Assembly: GCA_001949185.1 (NCBI GenBank) | Contig: BDGG01000014.1 | Coordinates: forward strand, 961,378-1,025,377 | From: Ramazzottius varieornatus | Taxonomy: Eukaryota; Animalia; Tardigrada | Reading direction: 5' to 3' | Length of the DNA: 64,000 nucleotides | Part shown: positions 1-17,216 of the stretch, in pieces | Layout: every line of letters starts with the position of its first letter | Position numbering within the stretch: position 1 is the first letter of the stretch | Made by a program: the position numbers and the translations under genes | Notes under the pieces: model-generated | Told to the model about the DNA's origin: nothing | What the model saw: only the letters and a program-made list of their open reading frames with translations | The model's database searches: none

Positions 1-1667
1 CACATGATCATTTTATCTGGGCAGCCAACCTGTATCTCGTAAAATATTCGGGCGTCGAAGCACGACCAAGGTACGTTCTATGTGCAGCTCAGTATTTCCA
101 ACTGCTGTCGCTGAAGGATGGGTAACCGGCAGTCTAAACAGGGGGTTTATTTCTGTTATTATCAGAGAAACAGCACAGTGGGTCACGACTTCCCAGAAAT
201 CTCCAACCAAACGGCTCGTTACGGGTCAGCTGTGAAGAACCAGAAGAACGCTTGAAACTTTGATTGATAATAGAACGCCGTACGGCGTGCAGTCGAAAAC
301 TATCCTTTCACCCAAGTCAGCTCGCCATCCGAAAATAACATTTCACGCGCGCGATTTGCGTCAATCGACATTCCGATGTACCTACAAAGAGCTTCCATAA
401 TGCATTTGGTTTTCTCTCTAGGGTGGGGAAAACTTTGATTCATTAATGATATGTCATAACATGCATGAAATCAAATAATCTCCTACAAAGAAAATTATTT
501 TATATTATGGTTTCGGTGGTCTAATTGTATCTACCTGTAAAGAAGAATGGAGGCAGCAAGGGAGGCGAGAAAGAGAGCTACTACCGCAATTTCGACCGCA
601 ATCAGTCTTGAGTCCGTCGACCGGCACTCAGGTTTCCTTCCGTCGAACCCGCAAACTGGCTCGTTGAGCGGCGCTCGGTTCAGCAGTCATGTTATGTTCC
701 GCCCAAAACTCAAGGACGATGTGGCAGAACTACCCGAGTAGTAGATAACATTCTGCAGAAGATGGAAAAGCTGGAAGTTGGACCTGCTGCAAGCGCACAA
801 GTTAATTTTGCTTCAAAGAGCCCCGAAGTATGGTTGAACTGCTTCGTGATGTAGTTTGGCAGTCGAAAGGCGTCTTTGTCGAAAGCAATGGTCGCTGATG
901 AGACGTCGTAGGATCAGTTTGCTGACATCTGGACAATCCGCGATCCGCTCATCAGAGAGCGAGAATTAATATCAGGATGATTATGCAGAGCTTCGTCTGC
1001 CATCTGAAAACGCAGTCTGCTTTGCTTTTTTCAGAAACAGCTGTGTCCCTTGTCTACAGTTCAAACGGTTACTGGTGCACCTACCATCGCCAAAAGCGAG
1101 ACAGTCGCATATGAAGTGAGAGGCTGGAATCTGCAAAACGAGTAAGATTTTGCTTTGAGCAAATCGGTCAATTTGTTACAGATGGTTTTGGTACGACTTG
1201 CTGAGACTGTTACAGGACGTGAAACCGTACTTCAGCTTGATCGTCACACAACGGAAGCCGTTTTTCCAGTTGCATCACTTTGTCCATCAGTTGCGCAGGG
1301 ATGTTGCGGGCCATGGTCTCAGTGTCGGCAGTAACGTAAAACGAAACGCGAGACGCGAAACGCTGGGCGCGCTAACTACAGATCAACCATAGGACGTGAA
1401 TTCCAAGGCGGGCAATACAGAGGGCAGATCTTACGTGATCGTCCGTCCTGTTCAGGCTCCAGCTTACACACGGAAAAACTGGTGTCAGTCTGAATGGCTG
1501 TGTTGCAAGAAATACCTAAAACTTGCTTTAGACTGACTTTGTCTTCCTATCATGATAGTAACCGTACTTCCGTTAAGTTTCATAAACTTACGTAGTCGCA
1601 ACCGGTCATATTGTTTCTATGGGCCGCCACCTGGACAAGACTTACAATTAAACCGTGATTCAATCTA

Positions 1668-2323
1668 CCTGGGGTGATCCCTATAAGCTGGAAGGGTTTG
1701 GGTCTTAAACGGGGAAGAGAGCAATGCTTTTCCAAAATTCCAACTCCTTCCAAACTTCGTTCCCACATACGTATAACTGTGTTGTGTAAAAATCTTGTGG
1801 AGGTGTCGTGCACCAGAAGGAGCACGGCGCTGAAGACCTGAACTAGACAGAAATCGGGAAATCTACGCGACACCCACATCAGGCACTTCAGGCTGGTTTG
1901 TTCGCGGGCGGAACATTTTAGGATAATTTCGCTGACGCTGTTCTGCCGTAAAAATCTCCAAATTTAGGAGCAAGACGTCGCTTTGGAGCTCGTACACATA
2001 GTTGGATCTGTGGGCGATAACATTGGTGTAACACAGGGGGTAAGTACAATCTGTCGAGTGTTTCCAATTAGTTCTAGTTTCTCCGGCGGCACAGGTGTTA
2101 GAGCCGTCCGGTTATTCTTTTTATAACCAGTCCCAACTACGGTTTCACTACCCCTAAAATGCATGGTTTTTTTCATAGCTCACAACAAGCAAGTGATCAT
2201 TGTTTTGTCGAAGAGACAAGATAAAGACGTGCTCTATGGAACGAGCTGAGATATGGAAAGTTACAGGTAGAAGGGTTTTACCGCGAATTCCCAGAATCCG
2301 TCCAACTTGTAAGGATCACCCTG
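1668..2323. mobile_element. Non-autonomous TIR element (TA-CAGGGTGATCC-like ends) enclosing a coding-like fragment
   Basis: 1668-1765 and 2235-2323 are imperfect inverted repeats (ggggtgatccctataagctggaaggg vs agggtgatccttacaagttggacgg), each bounded by TA. Confidence 0.5.
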
Positions 2324-2367
2324 TAGTTCCGAACTCAAGTACTTGCTAACCATAAAGTCCCGAAGTA

Positions 2368-2508
2368 CAGTGTACGACAAAAGTAACCGAAAAAATGGGC
2401 ATAACACTCCAGCTGAGCTTACTTACGACTCAGCAATGAGAAAATTCATTGGCTTTAACCATCTGGCTCCATACACCGATTTTTAACGGTTTAAATTGTC
2501 GTACACTG
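2368..2508 (-). mobile_element. MITE family B (TIR CAGTGTACGACAA, TA-flanked)
   Basis: Terminal inverted repeats; the internal sequence matches 18871-19038 in opposite orientation. Confidence 0.7.
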
Positions 2509-3343
2509 TACCAGACTATCCGCAAAGACAAGCACCACTACGAGAAACCATGCGTAAGATGGTCTGAGTATGAACAAACACTGCTATGATTGAAGCAGAC
2601 GTTGGACCAAACAGCTCGACTTGGTTTCACTGGATACCGACCTCGAGCAAACGGAGTGATCCTTTCTAGAAGGAGTCGATGCATTATCCCGTCTGCACTG
2701 GCGCTGCTGAAAATTGTCTCATGCAGCTGGAACTTCCCCTTTCGCCCTAAGATTTGTTTCGAGGCAGCACAGTTGACGACGTAGAGAATGATCTTTTCGT
2801 CGTTGACGTCGCAGAGGAAAACGACTGTTGTACAACTGAACCTTACCAAGCTGTTCATAATGGCGTTGTCGGAGACGCTCATCGACCAGAAAGTTGGGTG
2901 TCGCGCCTTGTTCCGCAATTCAGAAGGTGTACTCCTCCTACAGTCCGGTTAAAAGTTATTAAACAACAATCGAAATGTGGCTGTTTCTTTTGTTTCAGTT
3001 GGTGCACTTGGAGTTACATTGTAACAAGGGGAACATTCCATACTGCAAAAAAGACAATAATTTGACTACTGTATTACCGACGTCTGGGAGGAGTAAGATC
3101 AATCAATTATTTCGGAAGACATCGCAGCTACGTTCATATATCTGCACCTCGCTCGTCTTGGTTTCAGGGTCCATACCGGTCATGGACGGAGCGATCTCTA
3201 CCATGGCAGTGACGCAGCCTGTATTGTTGTAAAATTGGCAAATCAATCAATCTGCAATCCGGGCGAGGTCGTAAGGCGGTACGATCAGAGGCCTTGATTA
3301 GTACTTTACTGAAATTACAGCCCAACATTCAGTTATTTCAGAA

Positions 3344-4474
3344 TCACCACTTGGTTCGCAAACCGTTATTGAGCAAAAGATCTTCAATCCGCTTTTCCAT
3401 TGTACCGTACAACTTTCTACAAAGCTCAGAAGTTACAAGCTGATCCCATGCTTCATACAACAATCTTTCCAGATTTTTCTTCGTGTTAGGGCACCTCTTC
3501 CCAACGTAATCCCACATTATGTTCCAAACATTCTCTATTGGATTCATATCGGGCGACAACGGTGGCCAAGGAAGAACCGTCAGACGGCACTTCTTGAGGT
3601 AGGCTTGAACCAGCTTGGCCTTGTGAGATGGTGCGTTATCGTGCATCCAAATAACACGATTCTTGTCCTTGCGGCGCTCTCTGATTTTTGGTATCACTTT
3701 CTTCGCCAACATCACGGAATAGCTGAACTGGTTGATTGAGCCATCTACAATGAAGAAGGACAATGGACCATCGCGAGTAATTGTTTCATGGCACATGACA
3801 CTGAACCGTCCAGGTGGAAGCTTTCTCTGAAAGTCGGCGTTGTGTCTGCCCTCGCCCGGGAAAATTCGAATCTGAAAATAAAGCGGACCCAGAGCTAGTA
3901 ACATTTATCAAACTGTGACACCTTTGACTCTTGATATTACATTTAAACTTACAGTGTGTCGGCCACAGTCGAACTTCGCGCTTGCTTCGTCGCTGAAAAA
4001 AACGTAGTTCAGGTAGTTTTTGTCTTTCTTCAGCTTGTCCAGCATATCGAGTGCCCAGATTACTCGCATCGTACGATGGTGGTAAGTTAGGGGATTCTCC
4101 ACAGGAGTAACTTTCCTGACGTTCCATGATTTGAGACGAAGCTGCACAATCCGCTCACTAATCTTTGTCCGCTTCCCAGTCACGGCTTCATTACAGTCCA
4201 GGGCTAGCTTCAGGATCCTGCCTGCTGACCGGTCTCGGGCATGGCGGTTTTGAGAAAGATGACGAATGGTGTCGTCGAGATGCTCTGACGTCTTTCTTGG
4301 TGGTCCTCTCTTCTTAGCAATGTTACCGTGAAGGTGTCGATGGTTGAGCAGATTCATTCCCCACGCCGGAGAGTGCCCAAAATATTTCCCGATCTTTGTC
4401 CAGCTAACGTTGTCGTCTCTCATTCTCCTCATGGCCTTTACCACATCGTCGCTCACTCGCGCTCCTCGTCCCAT
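3344..4474 (-). mobile_element. Tc1-family DD34E transposase, 2 exons (4474-3953, 3871-3344), ~349 aa, open frame
   Basis: HTH-like N-terminus, FSDE, HDNAPSH and SPDMNPIENVW with 34 residues between D and E. An 81-nt phase-0 intron GTAAGT...TTTCAG (3952-3872) joins the two ORFs. Probable left end is TA-CAGTCCGG at 2941. Confidence 0.9.
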
Positions 4475-4822
4475 CCTGGAAGCTCTGTCACAAAAGTACA
4501 ATCAAAGAGTACGGTATCACATAAAATACCACTGGAGAAAGCGAAATGGCGTAGACACACTTGTTGCAAGTGTGCGAGGTAAACAGCCAGTCAGAAAAAG
4601 GCGCGGCAGCTTTCAATAACAATCTATTCCTTATTAACGATTCTTTTGACAGATGAAAAATTACCATCCAATATTCATTGGTACAGGAGGGCATCCATAT
4701 TACTGGAAATCCATATTATTCAGTAGAAAGACGGTGGTCCATCGGTATTTCCTCAGAAGAGTGACCAGGAAGTTTTCCATCACTGCGCTGTCCGCTGCAT
4801 CCTTCGAGGCAAAGGTGGGATA

Positions 4823-5062
4823 CAGTCCACTCGCTCAAAACGTGGACAAAATTTTCCGATTTCAAAACGCGGAAATTATCTAAAGCCAAGCCCATTAAGC
4901 CGAATATCTGCCATATGATTACTTGAATACAGCGGTTAAAGCATTGAGTAATGTATGTGCTTTGTAATTTTGGCCTGTAGACTCGCACGCTGTGCGGTGA
5001 ACGCTTAGCAGGCCTCATATCAAAACCGAAAACGTTTGTCCACATTTCGAGCGAGTGGACTG
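4823..5062. mobile_element. MITE with TIR CAGTCCACTCGCTCRAAAYGTGGACAAA, TA-flanked
   Basis: ~28-bp TIRs at both ends; a lone matching end occurs at ~6290-6308. Confidence 0.8.
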
Positions 5063-5334
5063 TACTTCCTCCTGTTCCGTAGCTCGGACCCAGTACCGGT
5101 ACAGCAACAGCGAGCGATTAGTGCTCAGAACAGCCGAACGACAGTACAGTCAGGGTCGGTTGAGTACTGGTCTTACAGTGTATACACTCCCTCCCAACAA
5201 TGACCGACCCCCCCATGTCGCATCCAAAAATTCGTATCTTCCGATAGAGTTATCCGATTTGAATGTTTTGACGTGTGTTGTAACGCACAAGATTTCGTCT
5301 GTTCGGTCACCTGACTTTCGGGGGACACGGTCAA

Positions 5335-5950
5335 CAAATCAAATGTCACGTAACATTCTCCCGGTTAAAACTAGCCTTTTTTGGGGCCCGGCCAACGCGT
5401 CAACTATGGTGACGTCTTTGTGGTCCAAGAATAAAACACATATCGGGCTACCATCGAAAGAAAAAATCTATCTGATCAGAGGTTCCGACGATGAACGGCA
5501 TCCAGCGACGTGAGAGTCGTTTTCACTGGAAATTACATCTCCAGCTCTGGCCTTTTTGCTTACAGGTATGTTCCGCCAAACATAAGATTCTGCAAGCTCT
5601 GGCCTTTTTGCTTACAGGTATGTTCCGCCAAACATAAGATTCTGCAAAACTTCCAGCTTCCAATTCTGGAGAAAGTCCATACCTACCAAACTGACACTGA
5701 TTTGCGCGGCAAAACTCAAGAGTACGGCACTTAACGATTTCAAAATGCAAAATCTCTGCTAAGATGCGTTCCAGGTCGCTGCATGCCGCTCGTCGGCGGA
5801 ACCTCCGATTGCCACGATTGTCTCTTTTGATCGTGGCCTGGTATGTGTTCCATTTTTGGACCACAAAGACGTCACCATAGTTGACGCGTGGGCTTATCTA
5901 CGCGGCTAGTTTTCGACGCCGGCAGAATGTACCGTGACAGTTGATCTGTT
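5335..5950. repeat. ~110-bp imperfect inverted repeat pair enclosing a perfect 52-bp tandem duplication
   Basis: acgcgtcaactatggtgacgtctttgtggtccaa (~5395-5428) is the reverse complement of ~5856-5889. The tandem unit lies at 5543-5594 and 5595-5646. Confidence 0.8.
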
Positions 5951-7499
5951 TCGGGTAGGCTTCGTTCCAGCCTACCCGAAACTTTGAAAAGGACTTTCTT
6001 CGATTGAAGATGAGCTTTTCTAGTACGAGATTGATTGTACTATGGTCTAAGAATGGGTTTGGTCTAATTTGAGAAGTTTTGAGGGAGTGGAAACGATTTT
6101 AGGAAACGGGGACTACTTGGCTGCCTCAGACTGTAGAAAGTGTAAGGACGGGCTGAGGTCTCGTTTCGCACACACGATTCCTCGATTCAATTGTCGGTCG
6201 AGAGTTGACGTCACTTTCTTCTGCTTTTGGCAAGCTGTACAGTAAGAGTTTGGCTGGTGGTAAACAGAAATGGAAAAATAAGGTAACAGATTTCAAGCGA
6301 GTGGACTGTACTTCTCACAAGTATACCTTGCGTCACACCGCCCTTTACTAGCGATCTGTGCGGTACAGTGGACGTTGACGTCAGGTCAGACCGCTTAGAA
6401 AAGGGCTGTGTAAACCAATATAAAAGTCCCTCAGTATAAAATTGCCGTTTTTCAGGGTCGGATTTCAAAATCTGTTTCCGAAGTCGTAACACGACCTTTA
6501 AAGTTCGGCTGATGTCGAACTCCAGTGACGAGGTCTTGTCGGTTTTTTTTGCAAACAAGATCCGCTCGAAACGTTAAAAACGGGACATACGAAAAACTTT
6601 AGAATAATCGTGATGCACGTATAACCAGGACCATTTACAAATTTCTTGCCGCACGGTCACCTGCACCATCACACGGGTAACAGAGTCATTTTATAGCAGG
6701 ACCTTTGAGCTATCGGTACGGGAAAAGAAAGCGAGGAAAAAATCCTTCGGGATTTTACAAAAGAGAAGTTTGTTGGAAAAAAAGGTGGTGAATTGCCAAC
6801 AACGTGCGCCACTTTGGTAAGGTGATGATTTTTCTCTATCTCTTCGGTCGTACTGTTGATGATTCAAACAACGATACTTTCGGTAAGTGTGCCAAGCTGT
6901 CGTCAATCACTGTATGAATTTTAATAATCTGCTCTACCCGGGCCAGACGATGAAGAAAATTTCTGTCGAGAAAGCTAAGGTTTTTGAGCTCTCTTGTCCC
7001 ACCCGGCAGTTTTTCGAACAGGACATGCTTTGTCAAAACTAAAACGGGCAATCGATAGCCTTCTTGTTGCTGTACGTTTCCACGTCAAGCGTAGAATTTT
7101 TAGAGGCGCTGGAGGCAACAAAGAATTCTACCAGGGATGTCAAAATTCTCAGAATTTCGCCACAGACAAAAACAGTTCGAACAATCGATCGTGGTGCTGA
7201 GGCGCAGCTTCCTTGTACTCTGACGAAAGGCGACACGATACACTATGCTCAGTCGAAACGAGGGGATCGAAATATTGCTCTAGACCAGAGATAAAAAATT
7301 TTTAAAATTGCATTCGGAAAACGGCAATTTCATAATGAAAGACCTCAATATATTCTAAGGTGTATTACTGTATTGTAAGTCAAATGGTCGTGTATGCAGG
7401 TGATCTTCCCAGAAAATCGAAGCCGGAGGCAATAAAAATGTCAGTAGGTATATAAAGAGCGGTAAGAGCTTTGGGTCGAGTTATTGTGCTTTTACCAAA

Positions 7500-9984
7500 C
7501 AAACTGTCGCCTCAGCTTGATCCTTCCTGGCTCTTGACGGCTGTACTGCTGTTAGCAAGCCGGGTTGTTCCTCAGGCTCCCCCACGGTCCAGAATACGAA
7601 AACTACCCCACCGGCCGGCCCCGCCCCTGGCGATCCGACCATCTCTCCCACCAGATCCTTCACCGCCACAGCCGGCAAGCCTTACGACTACCTGAGGGGA
7701 ATATCCTATGGTCAACTGGCCCTAGTTCAGACTCAATGAGCCAAGGTCCTTCAGGCAGCCGCCAATGCATCCGGCGTGGCTCTGTCAGAAGGAGTGCGGG
7801 TTTTCGGCAAACAAGCTTACTACATGTAGTCACACCACAGCCTTTGTCTTGTCCCATAAAACATTCCCGTACATATCATCTGCCTTTGTTTTTGCTTGCA
7901 GCCTGGAACTGTGGTACCCAAAAAGCGCCCAAGCAGTTGGCCTCCGATGAAGAACGCCAGCGACCATGTAATCTTTACCGCATCAGTTGTGGTTGTTCTA
8001 TGACAAAGCAACACAGCCGATCATCTTTACAGGGTGCAATCCTCGCCGGAGAATCCTACCGGGATGACGTGAATGCTGACCAACAAGCCAGCAGATTCGG
8101 CAGGTTCGTCTAAAACATGAAATACTTGTCATAACTCGACGCACTGTGCACTGTACACTCTGCACTGTACTGTACCTGAACCGCATCATATCGTGAGCTT
8201 TGTCTCGGAAGTATGAATTTTGCTAATGCTTTTTCCCTTGTCGTTGCAGATGCATCGATCGTTTGATCTGTGAGTGGCTTTTGTATCCAAAAAGTCCTCA
8301 ACATCTTTTCCAACTGCAACATTTGGCCTCTTTCTTTTCTGACAGTTCATTTGGTGGGAAAAGATCCGGGTAAGTCCTGCTAGCCTGTCCAGCGCCAGTT
8401 ACCTTGATGACCAATATCTTTCCTTCGTCTTGATCGATTTCATCCTAGTGGATTTCACCCGAAAGCTAGACGATGCAGCCTACGAGACTTTTTGAGAAAT
8501 CAAGCGTTTGGACAGTCACCGCAGGACATAATCACCGGCTACTTGGTAAGTCAAAAAAACGACCGGCAAGTTATTGCCCGCTTAATAATCATGATCACCA
8601 TCGCAGATATCTCTCTGTGATTTACAGCACCAAGGCGTAGTTCTGTCTGCCACAGTTAACTACTTCCTGGGCAGTAATTTCCCGGAAGTCAAATGGACCT
8701 CCAACCTGGTCTTTCGCTTCATCACCTGGCGCCTGACGGTCGTTGCCGAGTTGTACGCCGTTGGCTAGTACAAGCGCTACCCCCAACGCTTCTGGAAAAC
8801 ATCTCAACGACCGCTAGATTTCATTCCAGCCGAAATCAACTACCCTCTGTAATCTCAAAGTTCCTTCAACTGTACCAAACAGTAATACCGCCTGGGATTT
8901 CGTTGTCGTCAACGCCGACGGTCAACCAGTTGCACCGACGGCATACCCTGGCGCTGACGAGAGTGACAGGGACGACAGTACTGCGGAAGTTGTTGTTCAG
9001 CCGTCGACCGGCCTACCTCGACAGCCAAGGCCGGTGCCTGGTGGTCCCTCCTTGACGACACCGCCCACATCGGCCACCGTCGGCAAACCCACTGATCCTT
9101 ACACCGGTATCACCTACTAGGAATTACAGCTAGCGCAGAAAGTATGGAGCGACGCGAAAGTCGCCGCTGCGAAGGCAACTGGAGTGACAGTTGATGATGG
9201 CTATCTTCCCATGCTGCTGCAGCAGCAGACAATGTCAGTAAAAGACACCTTGCCTCTGTGACCGAGAAAGCTTTTGATACCTGCGATCTTATGTCACCTT
9301 CCAGTTCCACCACGTGGCATCCTGAAGTTTTGATTGGAGACGGTACGCCAAAGAGCATCGGTGTGTCAGCGACTGATTTGAACGACCCCTACAATCCCTC
9401 CCCGTTGTACAACAACCCCATACACGTCTCGCGGGTTACACCTGTTAGTTTGTAAGTTTTTCTCTGGGCAAATATTCCTGTTGACTCCCGCTCATTCTTA
9501 GAGGTCACATTTTTCATCCTGCCAACCGAATATAGACGGAACGATCAGCGTGTTAACGCACTGGATTCCGGTGATTCGGCAGCCTTTCAGCCTTCAATCG
9601 AGACAAATGCCTTCTCCGCCTACGTCAACAAGACTCGAAATGATGGGGTTTCCTACGTCACGCTTCCCTATTAGGTAAGACAGGCTGAGCACGATAAGTA
9701 TAAGTTCCGAGTCAGTACGAGGACCTAATTATAAATCAGAAAAAATGGACTTCTAGTGGGTGACGGAAGGGATGATCAGTGCTATCGAAGTTTTCCTTGG
9801 CGACCAACTGACGGACGAGGGTTACAGCGCAGTGGAGAGTATGTTCAGCTTCATCTGGCTGTCGACCTACGAAGCCATCCACATGTACAACGTTGCCGTT
9901 CTAGGTCGGCCTTTTGGCATTGAATTCGAATTGCTACCAACAACAGCATGGCTTCCTAGTAGCGCATCTCCTTCGGATCGATAG
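7500..9984 (+). pseudogene. Two-domain globin-fold-like pseudogene
   Basis: Two A-helix-like repeats (GISYGQLALVQTQ*AKV and GITY*ELQLAQKVWSDA). Two G/H-helix-like exons start in phase 0 at 8628 and 9757. Stops at 7737, 9118 and 9672. TATATAAA at ~7449. Confidence 0.55.
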
Positions 9985-10033
9985 CCCACTGAACGCTGTT
10001 GTTTTCTGTACTTCTGTTACGTCTTTGAGTGAC

Positions 10034-11640
10034 TTAGGGGCGCAGATTTATCGCGAACAATAACTTGTTCATGTCATCTTTCTTCTTAATTCTCTCTGAA
10101 TTTCTTCGGTGGTTTTGCCTTTGGTTTCAATGAGGAAGACTTGCGTGAAGAGGATAATTAGGGCCAGGAAAGCCACGAAGATGATGAAGGTGTACTCTTC
10201 AATCGAAGTCTAGAACAAAACTCCCGATTAGTACTTTGAATTGCTTGCATTTTCAACGTCGTCGTTATGGAAGCCCGCCTGATCTGACCTGAATGTAAGG
10301 GAACGTCAAGGCAATGAACAAACTGCCGAAGCGGTTCACTCCTGTCAACACACTGGTCGCTGCGGCTCGCGGTGCCGTCGCGAACATCTCTGGTACCAAC
10401 AGTCACGGAGTCGCACCTTTTCAATGCAATGACACCATTAACGCAAAAGACGGGAAACGGATACGACTCAGAACTCGAAGTGCAGCTCGGCGAACAAACT
10501 CGACCACGTCCTTGCTCCAAGTGGCGCACGTCTAAATGTTTTTGGTCGTAAATGTGCGCCACTTGGAAAAAGCCCTCTTCTTGACTCTCTCAAGTGGAGC
10601 AGACTTCCCGTGTTTTTGACTGCACACGTGCGCCACTGGGAAAAGCGACTTGGCAAGCTTGTTTGCTGAGCTTTTCCCATACTTGAGCTTACCCGGTCCG
10701 ACTGCATAGAAAGCAGTATAGCCCAGCAAACTAACCACACTGCCGATGGCTAATGCATTCATGCCGCCATCCGGATCAGAGACCTCCACCGCGTTCTCAG
10801 TGGCTTTCTGCCAGCCTCGAAAACAAAACCTTTCAGCAAGGCGCCAAGAATGGCGGGCAGTCATGATGCCTTACCGTTTGCGGCATAAATATGGTCAGCA
10901 GGGTGGTGAAGACGGCCATTCCTCCGTAGCCAACCAGCAGCAACATTTTCCGCCCTGACTTTTCCACCAATACAAGTGAGACGATGGTCATCAGCAGGTT
11001 GACCGCTCCAACAGACAAGGTGGCGTACACCGCTTGATTGCCTTGTAAACCGGCTGATAAGAAAATGGCGGTGGAGTAGAACAGCACCTGTACCAAGCCA
11101 AAAAGGGTGCCCGTCTCTTGGAACGCGACTTGGAGAGTTCATTTGCGTTACCGCGTCAATGCCGGAAAACTGTTGGCTGAGCATCACTCATGCGGCGATG
11201 AAGGTCAGTCGTCGAAGGAAAGCATCTCTGAACAAGTCAGCGATGGTGACAGCCTGTTCACCGCTGGACTTTGTGTTTTCGTTGCGGATTTCTACCAGTT
11301 CGTCCCGCCAACGTGCCCGTGACCTTCTGAAAAGATCACCTGCCATCACCATGGGAAAAACGCCCGATCGCAAATTTGCAACCACTAGCATCCCCAGCAT
11401 AATATAGTCTGAAGGTAGCTGGAAACCGGCGGAACAAGAGCATAAGTCTTTCTCCAAGCTTACCGGTCGTTGGATCTTCGGGTCGGATTAACCCATACTG
11501 GACGGTAAGCTGTGGTTGATCCTGACGAAGCACGCTCGATTCTTTCAATGCAGAACTGGCTAAAGGCTTCAAAGAGAAACGAACCTGATGACGAGCTAGA
11601 TCAAGGCAGTCAAGTCAACTAACAGGTAGGGACTAGGGAA
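10034..11640 (-). pseudogene. Sugar porter (GLUT/SLC2A) pseudogene, C-terminal half only
   Basis: Motifs SQQFSGIDA-VLFYST, VEKSGRKMLLL, GATP*LLVPEMF (W to TGA) and ETKGKT; several stops; no N-terminal half seen. Confidence 0.85.
10484..10672. repeat. Family A intronic palindromic element (2 units)
   Basis: AAGTGGCGCAC-N24-GTGCGCCACTT units within GAGCTCGGCAAACAAACTCGACCA-like arms; lies in a GLUT intron. Confidence 0.85.
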
Positions 11641-12052
11641 GACTGAATGACGGCGCACGGCACAAACGACGAACCACAACAATCGGTGCCATGTTCGCAA
11701 AAGGACGCTTCCCTGCTTAGGTCTCTTTCTGATCACCTCCCGACTCCTTGCATTTGTCTTTCAGCTATTTTATTTCTTCGAGGTATTCATCTATCGATAG
11801 CCAGCCGAATCTCGGGTAATATTGACGCTATTACGAAACTACGCACAACTGTATGCATATTATTCTTTTTTAATGAACAATCTTTAATTGCTATAAACGG
11901 AAAATGGAGCAAACAGTTAGTCAGGAAAAAAGATTCAACTTTATATTTTCACTTGCTCTATCGCCAACTATAAATTAAACATAAGGCAAACAAAGGTCTC
12001 TCCCATTCAAGCTACGAACAAAGAGAGTGAAAAAATATGGTGAAAGCCTTAT

Positions 12053-16631
<4,579 letters not shown>

Positions 16632-17216
16632 TTCCTTACGAAGAGTTCCAGCTAGGTCTTGAAAATAGAACAAGAGCTTGCAGCTGAGCTTTCTGGAAGA
16701 AGACACTAAGCCGACTTACAGGGTATACCAGATGAGTGCTGTGCTGCGTGGCGTGGCCTCCACTCCAGCCGGTGCAATGGCTGTCTTAACCGGATGCCCT
16801 TGATGAATACTGCCAGATACGGAATGCACGACGTCCAGGAAGATGGCAAGAACAGGAGCTGATGACAAGTAGATAGTCCAGACCAGCCGCCCCAGACAGC
16901 AACAAAATCCCTGATTGTCTCGCGACAAGATTCAAAGTTGGAATTTGAGCCGTAAAGTCTGGCCCAGCCCACTAACGATGACGTAAAACATCGCTTTTTA
17001 TCCGCTTCGTCCATCACGGCAAATCAAGCTCGCTTGAGGTTGCATCGTCGGTCTGGAGCCTACTGTGGCGTTATTCATATATCGCCGGAGGACTCCGGAT
17101 AGGATCGTCATTGGCACCACGAACCGTATTACCAATCCACATGTGTACGTACAATCAAACAATCATTAAACTCCGTGCTCTTCTGAGCAATCGACAATCA
17201 ACGTGTATCTACTTCT

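Larger units (their letters stand above)
300..2940 (-). pseudogene. ANF-receptor/receptor guanylyl cyclase-like extracellular domain + TM, pseudogene
   Basis: Exon remnants read STPSELRNKARHPTFWSMS...LVRFSCTTVVFLCD (2538-2940) and PLNEPVCGFDGRKPEC followed by a TM segment IAVEIAVVALFLASLAASILLYR (~535-700). In-frame TGA at 687-689 and 914-916. The 5' end is cut at TA 2939-2940. Confidence 0.65.

Noticed and set aside
687-10410. Repeated TGA at conserved Trp positions (687, 7737, GLUT GATP*), suggesting UGA=Trp or readthrough
   Set aside because: Intact genes use TGG for Trp and end in TGA (SUCLG1, eIF3i, XDH, CRISP), and these loci also carry TAG stops and frameshifts. Ordinary pseudogene decay explains it.
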